A DNA stretch of 64,000 nt from Diplonema japonicum (GCA_964019335.1 OZ025688.1:434001-498000), one strand, 5' to 3'. Positions 1 to 11,955 are shown, counted from the stretch's first letter. The notes: a model not told the origin generated them from the letters alone. A program made the numbers and translations.

Positions 1-1117
1 TCTCGACGCTTGCCTTCTCCAGCACACACGAGAATATCTTCGCAGCGGGTTCTTTTTCTGCGCAGTTCGCCATTTACGACACAAGAATCCCCGGCAAGGG
101 TGTCGCCATGGTGACCCGTGCCCACAGGGGCGGCATCACACATATGAAGTTCACGCCATGCGGACGATACCTCGCAACAGCCGCACGAAAAGACGGCAAA
201 ATCAAGCTGTGGGACACAAGGTTGACGGGCAGGACGTGGTCCGGGGAGTTCAGGGACGTGGAGGAGACAGGTGCTGCGATGCACAGGGAGGTGCCGACAA
301 ACCAGCGAATCACCTTCGACATCGACCCCTCGGGGACTGCTTTGTACAGCGGGTGCAGATCGGGTTCTTTGAAAGTGTTCAACTTGCAGGACCCGCAAGC
401 TGCCTGCGTGTCGATCCCTGTCTGCGACCACTCCCTGAACGGCGTGCACCACCACCCCACGCTGCCCATTCTCTCGCTCACCACAGGGGAGAGGGCCTTC
501 AAGGTGAAAAAAGATTGCAGCGATACTATCAAACCCCTTTCCATGTGGGCACTGCGCCCACGTGCGCGCACACCCTCGTCGTCGTCGTCGTCCTCTAGCA
601 CCTCTTCCGAATCGGAGGACTGCGACAGTCTTGTGAAAGAGAGTCTTGATGCTGGTGTTACGGTTGCCACTGAAATACCCGAAACAGCTGCTGATCAGGT
701 ACCCGAGACGTTGCCGGTTCTGGAAGCAGGCGCTGTGTTACCTGAGCCTGTTCAAGAGACTGCCAACCTTTTGCCGGTTCTGGAAGCAAGCTCTGTATGT
801 GTGGAAGACGAGGATGAATCCCTGTCCGTGTCCAGCGTCTCGGACAGCATCATCGACACAGCGGACCCCCCAAGCGACATCGAATGCGGCAGTGAAGAGG
901 GAGACCAGGTATGCTTTGCTAATATACAATACGCGCACAGCTTCCGGAGTACCCGGAGTCGACCTCCACGTTGGAGTTGTTCGCAGGGGTGTCGAAGACG
1001 TTCAGGTTGTTCGTCCCCGAGGCCCCCGTGGCAGCAGAAGAGACGGAAACGGTGCCAGCGAAAACGGAAGAAGACACCAAGCTGGATGAGAGCACGGGGC
1101 TGACGGGGCTGCCTTGA
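1..1117 (+). CDS. WRAP53: WD40 telomerase Cajal body protein 1 (WRAP53/TCAB1)-like, 5'-partial; join(<3..908,941..1117)
   Basis: Motifs HRGGITHMKF, AARKDGKIKLWDTR, TNQRITFDIDPSG and NGVHHHPTLPILSLTTGER match WRAP53. Removing the GT-AG intron 909..940 restores an acidic tail ending LTGLP*. Confidence 0.85.
909..940 (+). other. 32-nt GT-AG intron (inferred)
   Basis: gtatgctttgctaatatacaatacgcgcacag, phase 0. Confidence 0.7.
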
Positions 1118-1177
1118 TCGTGTATCATTATTCTTTTTCCATCTAACTTGCACCCGTCATATCACACTCAAGGTCAC

Positions 1178-3472
1178 ATGGAGAGGCTATCGCTTGTGTC
1201 CGATGTGGTGGTCGAACTGTGGACCCACTTCGTGGAGTTGGTACACTGCGACGGGGACACCGCCCTGACGAAGAAGAGGAAGGACGTCGTCGTGGCCATC
1301 GTGATCACCGTTTGTGTGGCGACAGGGTTTGCGTTCTTCATCAATGCGATCACCGGGCTGGACTACTCGTATGCAGTATCGGCCATCAGAATATATCTGT
1401 TCACACCACTCTTCATCATGCCGTGGCTGCTGTACACAAAGCGATGTCCCGAGGTGCTTGTCGTGGGACTTGTCTGGTTCATATTCTTCGGTGTTCTCGT
1501 CTCCGACTGGGGTGCAGCTTCCTCCATGGAGGGTATCCGCTACTGGCCCTTCTTTTTTATCATTGTGAACATCCTCTTTGTGTGCGAGATGCCCGACACG
1601 CAGTCCATGTACGTCTTGCTCGCCGTGTCGCTGTGGATGATCATTGACACCATTGAAAGCAGCTTCAGGATAGGCATCTACGACCTGGGATGGCCAGACT
1701 ACGACAAAAGGAGTCAAATGTGCAATTGTTCAAAGCCGCCATGCAGTACACCAGCCAACTCAGGCTCGTTTGTGTTCTACTTGTTCACTCTGTACCTGAA
1801 CTTCTACATGACAAGGTACTACGTGAAGGAAGCGATCAGCGAGAAAAGAAAGATGGCGGAATGCATAACCGCCATAGGTGCCGTCGGAGGGTACCTTGCC
1901 TCCTTCGACCTTGACAATGCAGAGCGGGAACTGAAGCTAGCGATGCTGACGGAAGGACTTGAATCGGAACTGATGGCAATGCTGTCCAACCTCAAGGCGT
2001 ACAGACCATACCTGCCTGAAGCTTTGTTCGAGGTGCGCCACTCGCCACACATGGTGCAGCCTCCAGTGGTGAGTCTTGAAAACCCCTTGGCTTTCGTCTT
2101 CACAGGGTTCCACGAGGCAGAGCTTCTATGGGATCAAATGCACGGGATGCGGGAGGCTCTCCGCAGGTACACGCAACTCTTGAAAAGCTCATTGCATTTA
2201 CACTCTGGATACGAGGTACGGGCAGCAGGTGAGACGGGCTTCTATGTTTTCGATAACCCGTTGAACGCCCTTAACTTCTGCCTAGACTTGCAGCACGCCG
2301 TGATAAGCAGGGACTGGAAGCCCATCCTCGAGGGGAAAAAGCTAGAGATCAAAGTTGGGCTTCACATGGGTCCCTGCACGTCCGAGTTCCACTCCACCTC
2401 AGGACGGTGCAACTACGTCGGCAACAGCGTCACCATGGCGTCCGCCATCCAAACCTACTGCACGGGGAACGCACTCGCAGTCTCCGACGATGTGTATAAC
2501 TTCGTGTTGCAGAAGTCCCCCGAAATGCTGCAGAACGTGACCATCATTCCAATAGGCGCGGAAGGGAAGTTCTCCGTTCGGCTGTTAATCAGTGAAAAGT
2601 CTCTCAAAGCACGAGGACGTCAGTTAGCCAACCCACTAAACCCCCTAGAGAAGGAGGAGCTCACGCATAGGAGAATGAGTCCCGTGAATAGGCCACACAC
2701 ACTTTTATGGCAGCAGCTGAAGAAGATCGAAGTAGCGACGGTGGGCGCGATCGACCTGCTGGGGGATGAGGAGCAAATCTCCGAGAAGCTGACGGAACGA
2801 GTGCCGCGAATCGTGGCTCTGATAGGGAGAACAGACGGGTCGGTCGTGACACTCATTGGGTCCAAAATGTATGTGGGGTGGAACACCGCCAAGACGTGCC
2901 CGACTCACTTGGAGAATGGTTTCAGGTTTGTTAACATGATAACGCGGGATCCCCTAGTCGAGGAGTATGCTGTGGGACTGGTGTGCGGGACAGTGCACCA
3001 CGGCAACGTGGGTGAGACCAGCAAGTTCATGGACCTCTTGGGCCAACCTGTCAGTCTTGCAGGATATTTGTGTTCAGGTGCAAGACTGCTATGTTGTTTG
3101 TGTCTGCATGCAGCGGAACCCGGGTGCGACTGCATTGCTGCAAACCATCCTGATCTGAAGCAGCACTCACGCCCTGTTGACACATGGCGCCTTTCAGACG
3201 GGGCGATGGTGGTGTACCAGCTGAAACCGGACTTGAATACGTTTGACTGGGCATGGTCACATTCGTACTGGGCTGCTTTTGACAACAAAGCGCATATGCT
3301 GATCCACCACCACGCGAGCGACGACGATGAGACAGCCTCGCGTGCCGCGGATCTGCTGAAGAACAACGCCCACCTCTATGATTTCAGTGTCTCCTCCAGC
3401 CCCAAGGGTCAGCGTCTTTCCAACGAGAACAATGCATATGACAAGGTACACCAGATAATACGCGACAACTAA
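1178..3472 (+). CDS. Multi-TM protein with two degenerate class III adenylate/guanylate cyclase-like domains
   Basis: About 6 hydrophobic helices, then NLKAYRPYLPEALF, LAFVFTGF, GYEVRAAGETGFYVF, IKVGLHMGP and a second domain GLVCGTVHHGNVG. Confidence 0.75.
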   Translation: MERLSLVSDVVVELWTHFVELVHCDGDTALTKKRKDVVVAIVITVCVATGFAFFINAITGLDYSYAVSAIRIYLFTPLFIMPWLLYTKRCPEVLVVGLVWFIFFGVLVSDWGAASSMEGIRYWPFFFIIVNILFVCEMPDTQSMYVLLAVSLWMIIDTIESSFRIGIYDLGWPDYDKRSQMCNCSKPPCSTPANSGSFVFYLFTLYLNFYMTRYYVKEAISEKRKMAECITAIGAVGGYLASFDLDNAERELKLAMLTEGLESELMAMLSNLKAYRPYLPEALFEVRHSPHMVQPPVVSLENPLAFVFTGFHEAELLWDQMHGMREALRRYTQLLKSSLHLHSGYEVRAAGETGFYVFDNPLNALNFCLDLQHAVISRDWKPILEGKKLEIKVGLHMGPCTSEFHSTSGRCNYVGNSVTMASAIQTYCTGNALAVSDDVYNFVLQKSPEMLQNVTIIPIGAEGKFSVRLLISEKSLKARGRQLANPLNPLEKEELTHRRMSPVNRPHTLLWQQLKKIEVATVGAIDLLGDEEQISEKLTERVPRIVALIGRTDGSVVTLIGSKMYVGWNTAKTCPTHLENGFRFVNMITRDPLVEEYAVGLVCGTVHHGNVGETSKFMDLLGQPVSLAGYLCSGARLLCCLCLHAAEPGCDCIAANHPDLKQHSRPVDTWRLSDGAMVVYQLKPDLNTFDWAWSHSYWAAFDNKAHMLIHHHASDDDETASRAADLLKNNAHLYDFSVSSSPKGQRLSNENNAYDKVHQIIRDN

Positions 3473-3670
3473 CAAACAAAAAGAGACAAATAAAAACTCT
3501 GGATGTGGGGCCAAGGTTTGTGTTGCCTTCATACATTGTAAGTGTTCTGTTTTTCTAAACAGAAGGAAGAATGAAGATAGTTGTTTTTACTACTACTTTT
3601 TATCCCCCCCCTTTTTTTTGTTCCTTCTGTGGGTTTTTTCCTGTTACCATAAAAAGGTTCAAATAAAAAG

Positions 3671-5842
3671 ATGCTGAGGCTTCGAGGTGCTGACATCAAC
3701 AAAGTGGCCAGGCAGCTGGCCCGGTACCTGACAGAGCGTGCGAACGAGTTCCCCGCCCTGGACACGCTTACCGAGAGGCATCTTGGCATCAATGAGGTGG
3801 ACGCGCAGGTGATGCTCCGTGACGTGAAGGCAGCATCCATGGACGAGTTTATCAACAGTGTTATCCCTACCTCGATCTACAAGCAGGTAGAACTCCCCGA
3901 TGAGGCAGACGTCCCCGGAGAGAAAGCGTGGCTTGAGATCATCCAGCAGATCATGGACAAGAACTTGCTGAAGAAGCAGTGCATTGGGATGGGCTACTAC
4001 GAGGCCAAGCTCCCTAATGTCATCCTCAGGAACCTCATCGAGAGCCCTGGCTGGTACACCCCATACACCCCGTACCAAGCGGAGATTGCCCAGGGCCGTC
4101 TTGAATCTCTCATGAACTACCAGCAGATGGTGATCGACCTTACCGGCCTCCCCCTTGCCAACGCATCGCTCCTCGACGAGGCTACCGCCGTCGGCGAAGC
4201 CGTTGGCCTTTCCCAGGCCCACTTCAAGAACAAGCGTAAGAAGGTCTTCTTCGACAAGAACATGCACCCCGCCTCGATCGCTGTCGCCACCACCCGTGCT
4301 GAGGGCTTCGGTGTCGAGGTGATTGTCGGTGACGTCTTCACTGCCGACCTCTCCGACCCCAGTCTGGCGCTCATCTGCTGCCAGTACCCCGACACATACG
4401 GGTCCATCTCCCAGTACAAATCGCTCTTCGCAGAGGCTAAGGAAAACAAGGTGCTCTCATGCTGCGCATCTGACCTCCTCGCCCTGACGCAGCTCACACC
4501 CCCCGGCGAGCTTGGGGCGGACATCTGCTGTGGGTCCACTCAGCGATTCGGTGTGCCCCTCGGCTTTGGTGGGCCGCATGCTGCCTTCTTCGCGACGCAG
4601 CAGGCACACGCCAGGATCACTCCGGGTAGGATCATCGGTGTGTCGCGCGACAAGGACGGCAACAGCGTATTCAGGATGGCCCTGCAAACAAGGGAGCAGC
4701 ACATCAAGAGAGAGAAGGCTACATCGAACATCTGCACGGCACAGGCGCTGCTTGCTAACGTGGCTTCCATGTATGCTGTGTGGCATGGGCCTGAAGGGCT
4801 GAAGAAAATCTCCAGCGATGTTCACTTGAAGACGAAGGTTGTGGCCTTCGGTCTGCAGCAGGCGGGCTGCAAGATCATGAGCGCCCACTACTTCGACACG
4901 CTGCACGTTGAGGTGCAGGACGCGAAGGACTTCGTGCTCAAGTGCGAGGAGCAGGGCGTCAACATCAGGTACGTCGACGAGACCCACGTGGGCATCTCTT
5001 TGGACGAGTGCACTGAGCAGAAGCACATCGTCGGCATCCTCCTGGCAGCCGGCCTCGACGCGGAGGCTATCGACATCGCTGAACTCAAGAAGCAAGCTGA
5101 GGGGCTCAAGGCCATTCCCGCCGATCTGGTGAGAAGCTCGCGCTTCCTTGAGCACCCCATCTTCAACTCCTACCACTCAGAGACGGAGCTCATGAGGTAC
5201 ATCTACAAGTTGGAGAAGAAGGACATGGGCCTGAACACCTCTATGATCCCCCTTGGGAGCTGCACCATGAAGCTCAACGCCGCCGTTGAGATGCTGCCCA
5301 TCACATGGCCTTCCATCGCATCCCTGCACCCGTTCGTGCCTGTGCACCAGGCAGAAGGGTATGTCGAGATGCTGAAGGACCTCGAGGACAGGCTGTCCAT
5401 CATCACAGGCATGGACGCAACGTGCATCCAGCCCAACAGCGGTTCGCAGGGTGAGTACACTGGTCTGCGTATTATCAAAGCGTACCATGAGAGCAGGGGC
5501 GAGGGGCACAGGGATGTGTGCATCATCCCGTCATCGGCGCACGGGACCAACCCGGCGTCGGCTGCCATGTGCGGGCTGAAGATTGCTGTCGTGAAGTGCA
5601 CCCCTGAGGGCGCCATAGATGTTGACGACCTGAAGGTCACGCTTCATGAGAAGTACCCTGGCCGTGTGGCTGCTATCATGATCACGTACCCCTCCACTTT
5701 CGGGATCTTCGACGAGAACATCAAAGAGATCACCAGCATGGTGCACAGCGAGGGTGGCCAGATCTACATTGACGGTGCCAACATGAACGCGCAGATGGGC
5801 CTCGCCTTCCCAGGTGAGTACGGCGGCGACGTGCTGCACTTG

Positions 5843-5874
<32 letters not shown>

Positions 5875-6553
5875 AGGAGGCGGACCGGGGATGGGACCAA
5901 TTTGCATGAAAAAGCACCTGGCTCCCTTCATGCCAGACACAGCATCCCCTGGTATCCCATGCGGCGGAGACCAACCAATGGGACAGGTCAGCCAGTCACC
6001 GTACGGCTCTGCAGGTGTTCTGCCCATTTCGTGGACTTACATTAGATGCATGGGGTACAAGGGTCTGAGGGAGAGCAGCAAGATTGCCTTGCTGAACGCG
6101 AACTACATGATGACGAAGCTTGGGGCGCAGTACCAGATCCTGTACGCGGGATTGCAGGGGAGATGCGGACATGAGTTCATCGTTGACTTGAGGCCGTTCA
6201 AAAAGACTGCCGGTGTTGAAGTTGAAGACGTGGCAAAGCGATTGATAGACTACAACTTCCATTCGCCGACCATGTCCTTCCCTGTGGCTGGGACACTTAT
6301 GATAGAGCCTACGGAGTCGGAGTCCAAGAGGGAGCTGGACAGGTTCATTGATGCCATGCTCATGATTCGGGAGGAGATCAGGAAGATCGAAAACGGTACT
6401 TACTCTCCTACAGACAACCCTCTCAAGAACGCCCCCCACACCATGAATTCTGTTATTAGCTGGGATTACTCTTACTCTATTGAGGAAGCTGTGTACCCTG
6501 TTCCTTCGCTGAGGTACAACAAGGTGTGATTTTTTTTTTTTTTTGGGAAGGGG

Positions 6554-6587
<34 letters not shown>

Positions 6588-6675
6588 GGCATGGCCCACC
6601 TGTAGCCGTATTAACAGTGCCTTCGGTGACAGGAACTTCGTGTGCACCTGCCCGCCCATTGAGGACTACATTTAA
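3671..6675 (+). CDS. GLDC: Mitochondrial glycine dehydrogenase (decarboxylating), P protein; join(3671..6523,6589..6675)
   Basis: Motifs [30 protein letters not shown] and [18 protein letters not shown]. Splicing restores the conserved C-terminus [22 protein letters not shown]. Confidence 0.97.
6524..6588 (+). other. 65-nt GT-AG intron built from a T-run, a G-rich linker and an A-run
   Basis: Required to restore the conserved GcvP C-terminus in frame. Confidence 0.93.
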
Positions 6676-8976
6676 AATTTTTCAAAAAAAAAAAAAAATC
6701 GGGAAAAAAAATGAAGTAAGGTACGAAATAAAGTAATGGAAAAAAAAAAAAAAAAAGAGAATATTACTACAAAACGAGGAAGTTTTTTTTTTCTTCATTA
6801 AAGAAGGGTAGCAGGGGGGGGTAAGGGTTTTTTTCTCCCTTTTCTTTTCTTCTCTTTTTTATTCACCATCATTTTTTTTTTTTTTTTTTTTTGCTTTTTT
6901 TTTAATTTTGTCAAAAATAAGGTATCCTCTTTTTTTTATATTCAATATTCATTTGGAGGATGTTCGAATGCAAGGAAAGAAAAAAAAAAAAGGAAAAAGG
7001 AGAAAACCGACAACAAAATATAGCCCAGGTTGGGGGACGTGCCCCACCCTCCTTTCATTCTCTATTGCCGGGCTATTTTCTCCCTTTTTAGTGTGTCATT
7101 TTTAACAAATTGCGCACAGCAGTGGCTGCAATTTTATTTTTTTTTTTTAAAAAAAAAGAAAGACGAGGAAAAGAAAAAAAAAAAGCTAGATCGTGTTGAT
7201 GTATGAGATCAGTACATTTTTGTTTCCCCTTTGCTTGAACAAAAAAAGAAAAGAGGGGGAAAAAAAAGCAATAATTGTCAATCGAATTATTGTGTGCTTT
7301 TTTTAAAATTTGCACAAAAAAGAAAAATAACAACAAAATTGCCAACTTTTTTTTTTTCTTCTATTTTTTTTTCCCCGCTAATTCTCCGAGATATGAATGC
7401 TTGTTCATTCTTTTTTTTTTTTTTTTTTCTCTTTTTGTCCACCTGAATAATGAAACGTGATTTTTTTTTTTTATTTTTCAAAAAAAAAAAAGAAAACCCT
7501 GGGATTCAACCGGGAAAAGAGTTATTTTTTTTAATGTCTCTTTTTTTTTTTTTTTTAAATTCAATGGTTGTGTTTGTTTTTTTTTTCTTTTTTTTTCCGT
7601 AACGAACAAGCCCTGCATTTTTTTCTTTTTTTTTTTACTTGTATTTTTTTTTGGTGACACAATGTCTATTGCTGCGTGAGAAGGACGGTTGCCAATTTGT
7701 TTTTTTTCCCCCCCCCATTCCCACCCTGTTGTGTCAAACATACATGCCTGGCAGAAAAAAAAAAAAAAAAAATATTCAGGGATAACTGCAACTGTTTGCG
7801 TGAGGAGTAAAAAAAAAAAATAATAATAATAATAATAATAATGGTGCAAGTTATTACCTCCGCCGCCCCCCCCCCCTTTTTTTGCTTTTTCAAAATATCA
7901 ATGTTTTTTTTCTTTCTTTGTTCCGCGAGCTTGTGCATCTTTTTTTTTTTTTTTAAAGAAAAGAGAATAAGAGAGAGATAGAGGGGAAAAAAAAAGAAAT
8001 GGGAGATGGAAATGATATTTTTTTTATTGTATTCTCTGTCATTTCCCTGGCTATTCATCCCCCCCCCGAAAAAAGAGAGAAGAACCGAAAAAAAAGCCGG
8101 AAAGGAGGTATTCTTCCCTTCACTTTGCTTGCATTTGCTGTGTATTCTTTTAAAAAAAAGAAGGGTAGCGAGTCATAGACTTAGTCCAAGTAAAGAAGAA
8201 AAAAAAAAAGAAAAATCGGCAAACAACTGCTCTTGGGTTATAATACTCGTAAAATTTCTTTTTTTTTTTTCTTTTTTTTTTCTTTTTTTATTCTTGCCTT
8301 TTTCTCCCGTTACGCGAGAAAGAAAAGAAACAAAACAATAACAAAGAAATAAGAGAGGGGAAGAAAAAAAAGAAAAAAAAAGAAAAAAAGAAAAAAAAAA
8401 ACGAAGAAGAGAAAGGAGGGGAAGGGGGGAAAAAGATTCTACTTTTTTTTTTTTTACTTCTCTCTCCTCTTTATTTCCCACACTGAAGGGTTTATAGCTG
8501 TCTTAACACGTTTTCCCAACCCGCGGTGTTTTCTTTCCCCCCCCCCTTTTTTTTTCTTTCTCCTCTCTCCTCTTCATTTTTTTTTTCCCCCATCTTTTTT
8601 TTTTTTGCAACTCAGACCCTCTGTACTTGATATGGAAAAACAGCTTTTTTTCCCCCCTTTTTTTCCCATGTGGGTCGCCTCCCCCCCTCCATCACCCTCC
8701 CTCTCACTGTAGCATTTAAAAAAAGAAGAAATTTAAAAAGATTGGTGGTGTTGTTGCTAGCAAACTCCCCCCCCCCCCCCCCCCCCCCATCATCATGGTA
8801 CTTTTGTGATTTCTTCTTTTTTTTTTTCCCTCGCCAGGTAATTATCCTTTATCCCCTCCCCTCCCCCTTATCCACACATTCATTATTTATGTTGGTCCTG
8901 AAGATTTTTTTTTCTTTTTTTTTCAATACATTCTTACAGGGAGAGAAGAAAAGAGGAAAAAAAAAAAGAAGAAAAT

Positions 8977-9219
8977 ATGCTAAGGTACATAATTTACACC
9001 ATTCTTCTTGTTGCGTATGTGGTGTCACCTGTGGACTTTATACCTGATTTCATACCTGTAATAGGGCAGCTGGATGATCTATTCGCTGTAGGGTGGTGGA
9101 CATGGACGAGCCTGCCGCGGTTGCTGCGCCAATTTGGGTACTTCTGTCTCGCGGTTGTTGTCATTACTGGTGTGTTCTACGTGCAATCTGTGATGCTGGG
9201 AGAAAGCACAAGCAGTTAA
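8977..9219 (+). CDS. DUF1232/YkvA-like small membrane protein (80 aa)
   Basis: YVVSPVDFIPDFIPVIGQLDD signature. Preceded by a pyrimidine tract + AG (8939) and a purine-rich leader. Confidence 0.85.
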   Translation: MLRYIIYTILLVAYVVSPVDFIPDFIPVIGQLDDLFAVGWWTWTSLPRLLRQFGYFCLAVVVITGVFYVQSVMLGESTSS

Positions 9220-9254
9220 TGAAGGCAGGGAGGATATATAAAAAAATAAAGGGG

Positions 9255-9679
9255 AAAACTACGTGCACGGAACCAAATAACTTTTTTTTTCCACTTTTTA
9301 CTGTAACCACCAACAATTTCCCTTATGCAACCACTAACTTTTTTTTCCACCGCCCACGACATTTCTATGCCTCATTGGGGAGAAGTACATCAGCCAGATC
9401 TCGGCTTTAAATCACGAAACGTCTTGCCAACTTCAAGAAGAAAATTCTTGGTGTCCGACGTTGGAAAAAAAGTTGTAGGTTCCGTGGACGGTGGAAAAGA
9501 AGTTCTTACTTACATGGTTTAGTGGAAATAAAAATAGGTTACCGTGGAGAGTGGAAAACCTTTACAAAAAACCATTTGAGTGGAAAAAGAGTTGTGGGTT
9601 ACCGTAAACAGTGGTGGAAATTCTACTTACAGACTTGGGTGGAAAAAAAAAGTTAACCGGTTACTGTGCAGGTTGTTTT
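9255..9679. mobile_element. Non-autonomous TIR element (CACTA/EnSpm-like MITE)
   Basis: Imperfect ~38-bp inverted repeats (tgcacggaacc..taactttttttttccac / gtggaaaaaaaaagtta..ggttactgtgca) and internal gtggaaa / ggttaccgt subrepeats. Superfamily is tentative. Confidence 0.6.
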
Positions 9680-10502
9680 TCTCATAAAAAAAAAAAATAA
9701 AATAAAAATGATTCTTTCGTTACAATTCTGGAAAAGAAGAACTACTACTAACCTTTTTTTTTTTCTTTTTTTTTTTTCTTTTTTTTTTCCTCCACCCCTT
9801 TTTTTTTCCTTCCCGTGTTATAAAGCACATGTATAGGGAATGGGGGAACGAGAAAAAATAAAGGGGAATCCTGTTGAGGGTCAATATACAAGAAAGGTGA
9901 AAAAGAGAGTGGGAAAAAAAAAGAGAAAGAAAAAAGGTCCAACCTGCAAGGTGAATATAGCTAAGCTCATCTTTGTGCCCTGCTGTTTACTATTGTTATG
10001 CCTTCTTGTTGGTTGTAAAAAAAAAAAAAAAAAAAAAGTGGAAAATAAAGGGAGGGGTTTAATCTATAATACCCTCGGTTGTTATCGCAGGAAAGAAATG
10101 ATATTTTTTCGTTTCTCATTCTTCGCAGCCTTCTCCGCTGACTTAAGATGCGCACCCGTATCTTTTTTTGTTTTAATGTCGCAATGCTCCTCTTTTTTTT
10201 TCTTTTTTTTTTTCCCCCTTTTTTTTTCTTTGCAGAACGAGTCTTTGACTTGTCTAAACAAAAGGGGAACGTTGGCAACGTGTTTCGGGTTTTACAAACT
10301 TCTCTGGGTTTTACCCGGCACGTACAAACAACGGCCAGTTTCTCTTTTTTTTTTTTTCTTTTCTTTTTTTTTTAGAAAAAAACCCATTTTTCTGTCGAGG
10401 CAAAAAAGAGAAAAAAAAAAAAAAAGAAATCCTTATGACTATATGTCTTTCTGTTGTTCGAAAATTTTTTGCTCGACACAAGTTGCACCTAGTTATAATA
10501 GC

Positions 10503-11477
10503 TATTTATTTGCAACAAATTATGGCCATAATTTACTCGAGAACCGTGGGTTTTTTGGCCGAGGGCCCGCAGGGCCCGAGGTCAAAAAAAACGGTTCGAG
10601 AGTAAATGGGATGGCCATATTTTGGCGCAAGGTAAGTAATTTTATCTGATAGTTCAGAAATTGAGTCACTCCGAGTGACCGAGAAAGTGGGCCAAAAACC
10701 CAAAACCAAATTATGAGCTATCAACTGTCAATAATAGCTATCAAATTATGAAAAACGGCCTATTTTCAGCTGATTCAGGCGGAAGTGCAGTGACCCTACA
10801 CATTTTTAGTCCCCCGGACAACCCTGTTGACCTGTGACTGAAAGGCACCTTTCCAGGTTGTTCTCCGTTACACGAAGACCCCTGAAGAAACCGCATACAA
10901 ACAAGGCACGGTACAGCAAAAAGCGGTTCAACGGCTCAGATCCAGGTCACTCCATACATGAGCTCCTCGAGATCCTCCCGTTCGAAAGTAGATGCTTTCG
11001 TCTTCGGGGGCCCTTGTTCTTCAGCACGCTTGCAAAAAAGTTTGACACGGTCCCATTCCCAACCTTCTGGTTGCATTTTCCTTAAAAATTACCCTTATCT
11101 GGGAGTACTTGGTCCAAAGAGAGGAAGGGGCAGCGCCATTTTCCTTCAGCTTCCTAAGATGAGCGAGAACGTCATCTTCAGTTGCTTCTTCGTCTTTTAC
11201 CCACGAAAGTCAGCCCATGTTTTCAAGTACTGTGCTTTGCTTATTTCGGGTAGAACTCTTCTTTCTTCGTTTTCGGCATTTGAGCTCAGATGTTTAAAAA
11301 AGAATTCACTCTGCCCCCAATAATGTCACTTTCCCCCCTATAATTTGGCAGCCACGGGCCATTAACACCTAAGTCCTGCCCATAATTGAGCTATCAAATT
11401 ATAGCCCAGATTATCAAATTATGAGAGGGGGGTAATCAGATTATAGGGGGGGTTAGGAGTGAACTATCAGATAAAAT
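10503..11477 (-). mobile_element. Crypton-like tyrosine-recombinase DNA transposon, internally deleted
   Basis: ~136-nt hairpin at 10503-10638 with apex cgagggcccgcagggcccgag. Perfect 18-bp IR attttatctgatagttca (10639-10656) / tgaactatcagataaaat (11460-11477). Internal YR remnant. Confidence 0.8.
10862..11290 (-). pseudogene. Frameshifted tyrosine recombinase fragment (N-terminal SAM-like domain through catalytic box I)
   Basis: Hand translation across frameshifts: VLPEISKAQYLKTWADF / WVKDEEATEDDVLAHLRKLKENGAAPSSLWTKYSQIR / EWDRVKLFCKRAEEQGPPKTKASTFEREDL / LLYRALFVCGFFRGLRVTE. Confidence 0.75.
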
Positions 11478-11688
11478 CATTTTTTTTGAACGATAAATAT
11501 TGTAACAAAAAAAAAAAAAAGAGAGAGAGTGAGAGAGAGAAGGTTGGGTACCAGCAATCACGCGTCACAGAATAACGTCACGCGAGTTCCCTCCTCCCAC
11601 ATTTTCTTTTCGAAATGGATTACTACATAACGTAGGTTTTCCCATGTATTTTCCCCCCTTTTTATTTACCCCTTCCCAATATTGGAAG

Positions 11689-11723
<35 letters not shown>

Positions 11724-11955
11724 CTTGTCTTTTTTTTCTTCTTCTTTTTTCCCTCTTTTTTTTTTCCAAGAAGAAAAATACACACCCCACAGGACAAGCA
11801 TCTTTCTTTTTTTCAAAAAAAAAAAAAAAAAAAAGAAAACCACACAAAAAGAAAACACAAATATGATTCAGTAAGACACACACACAATAAAAAAAAAGGA
11901 AATCAAAAGTCAAAGAGTGTCTGGTGAACAGAAAAAAAAAAGAAAGCAGGAATAT

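Noticed and set aside
6908-10649. Many F/K-rich short ORFs in spacers here and elsewhere
   Set aside because: They are artefacts of poly(T)/poly(A) runs.
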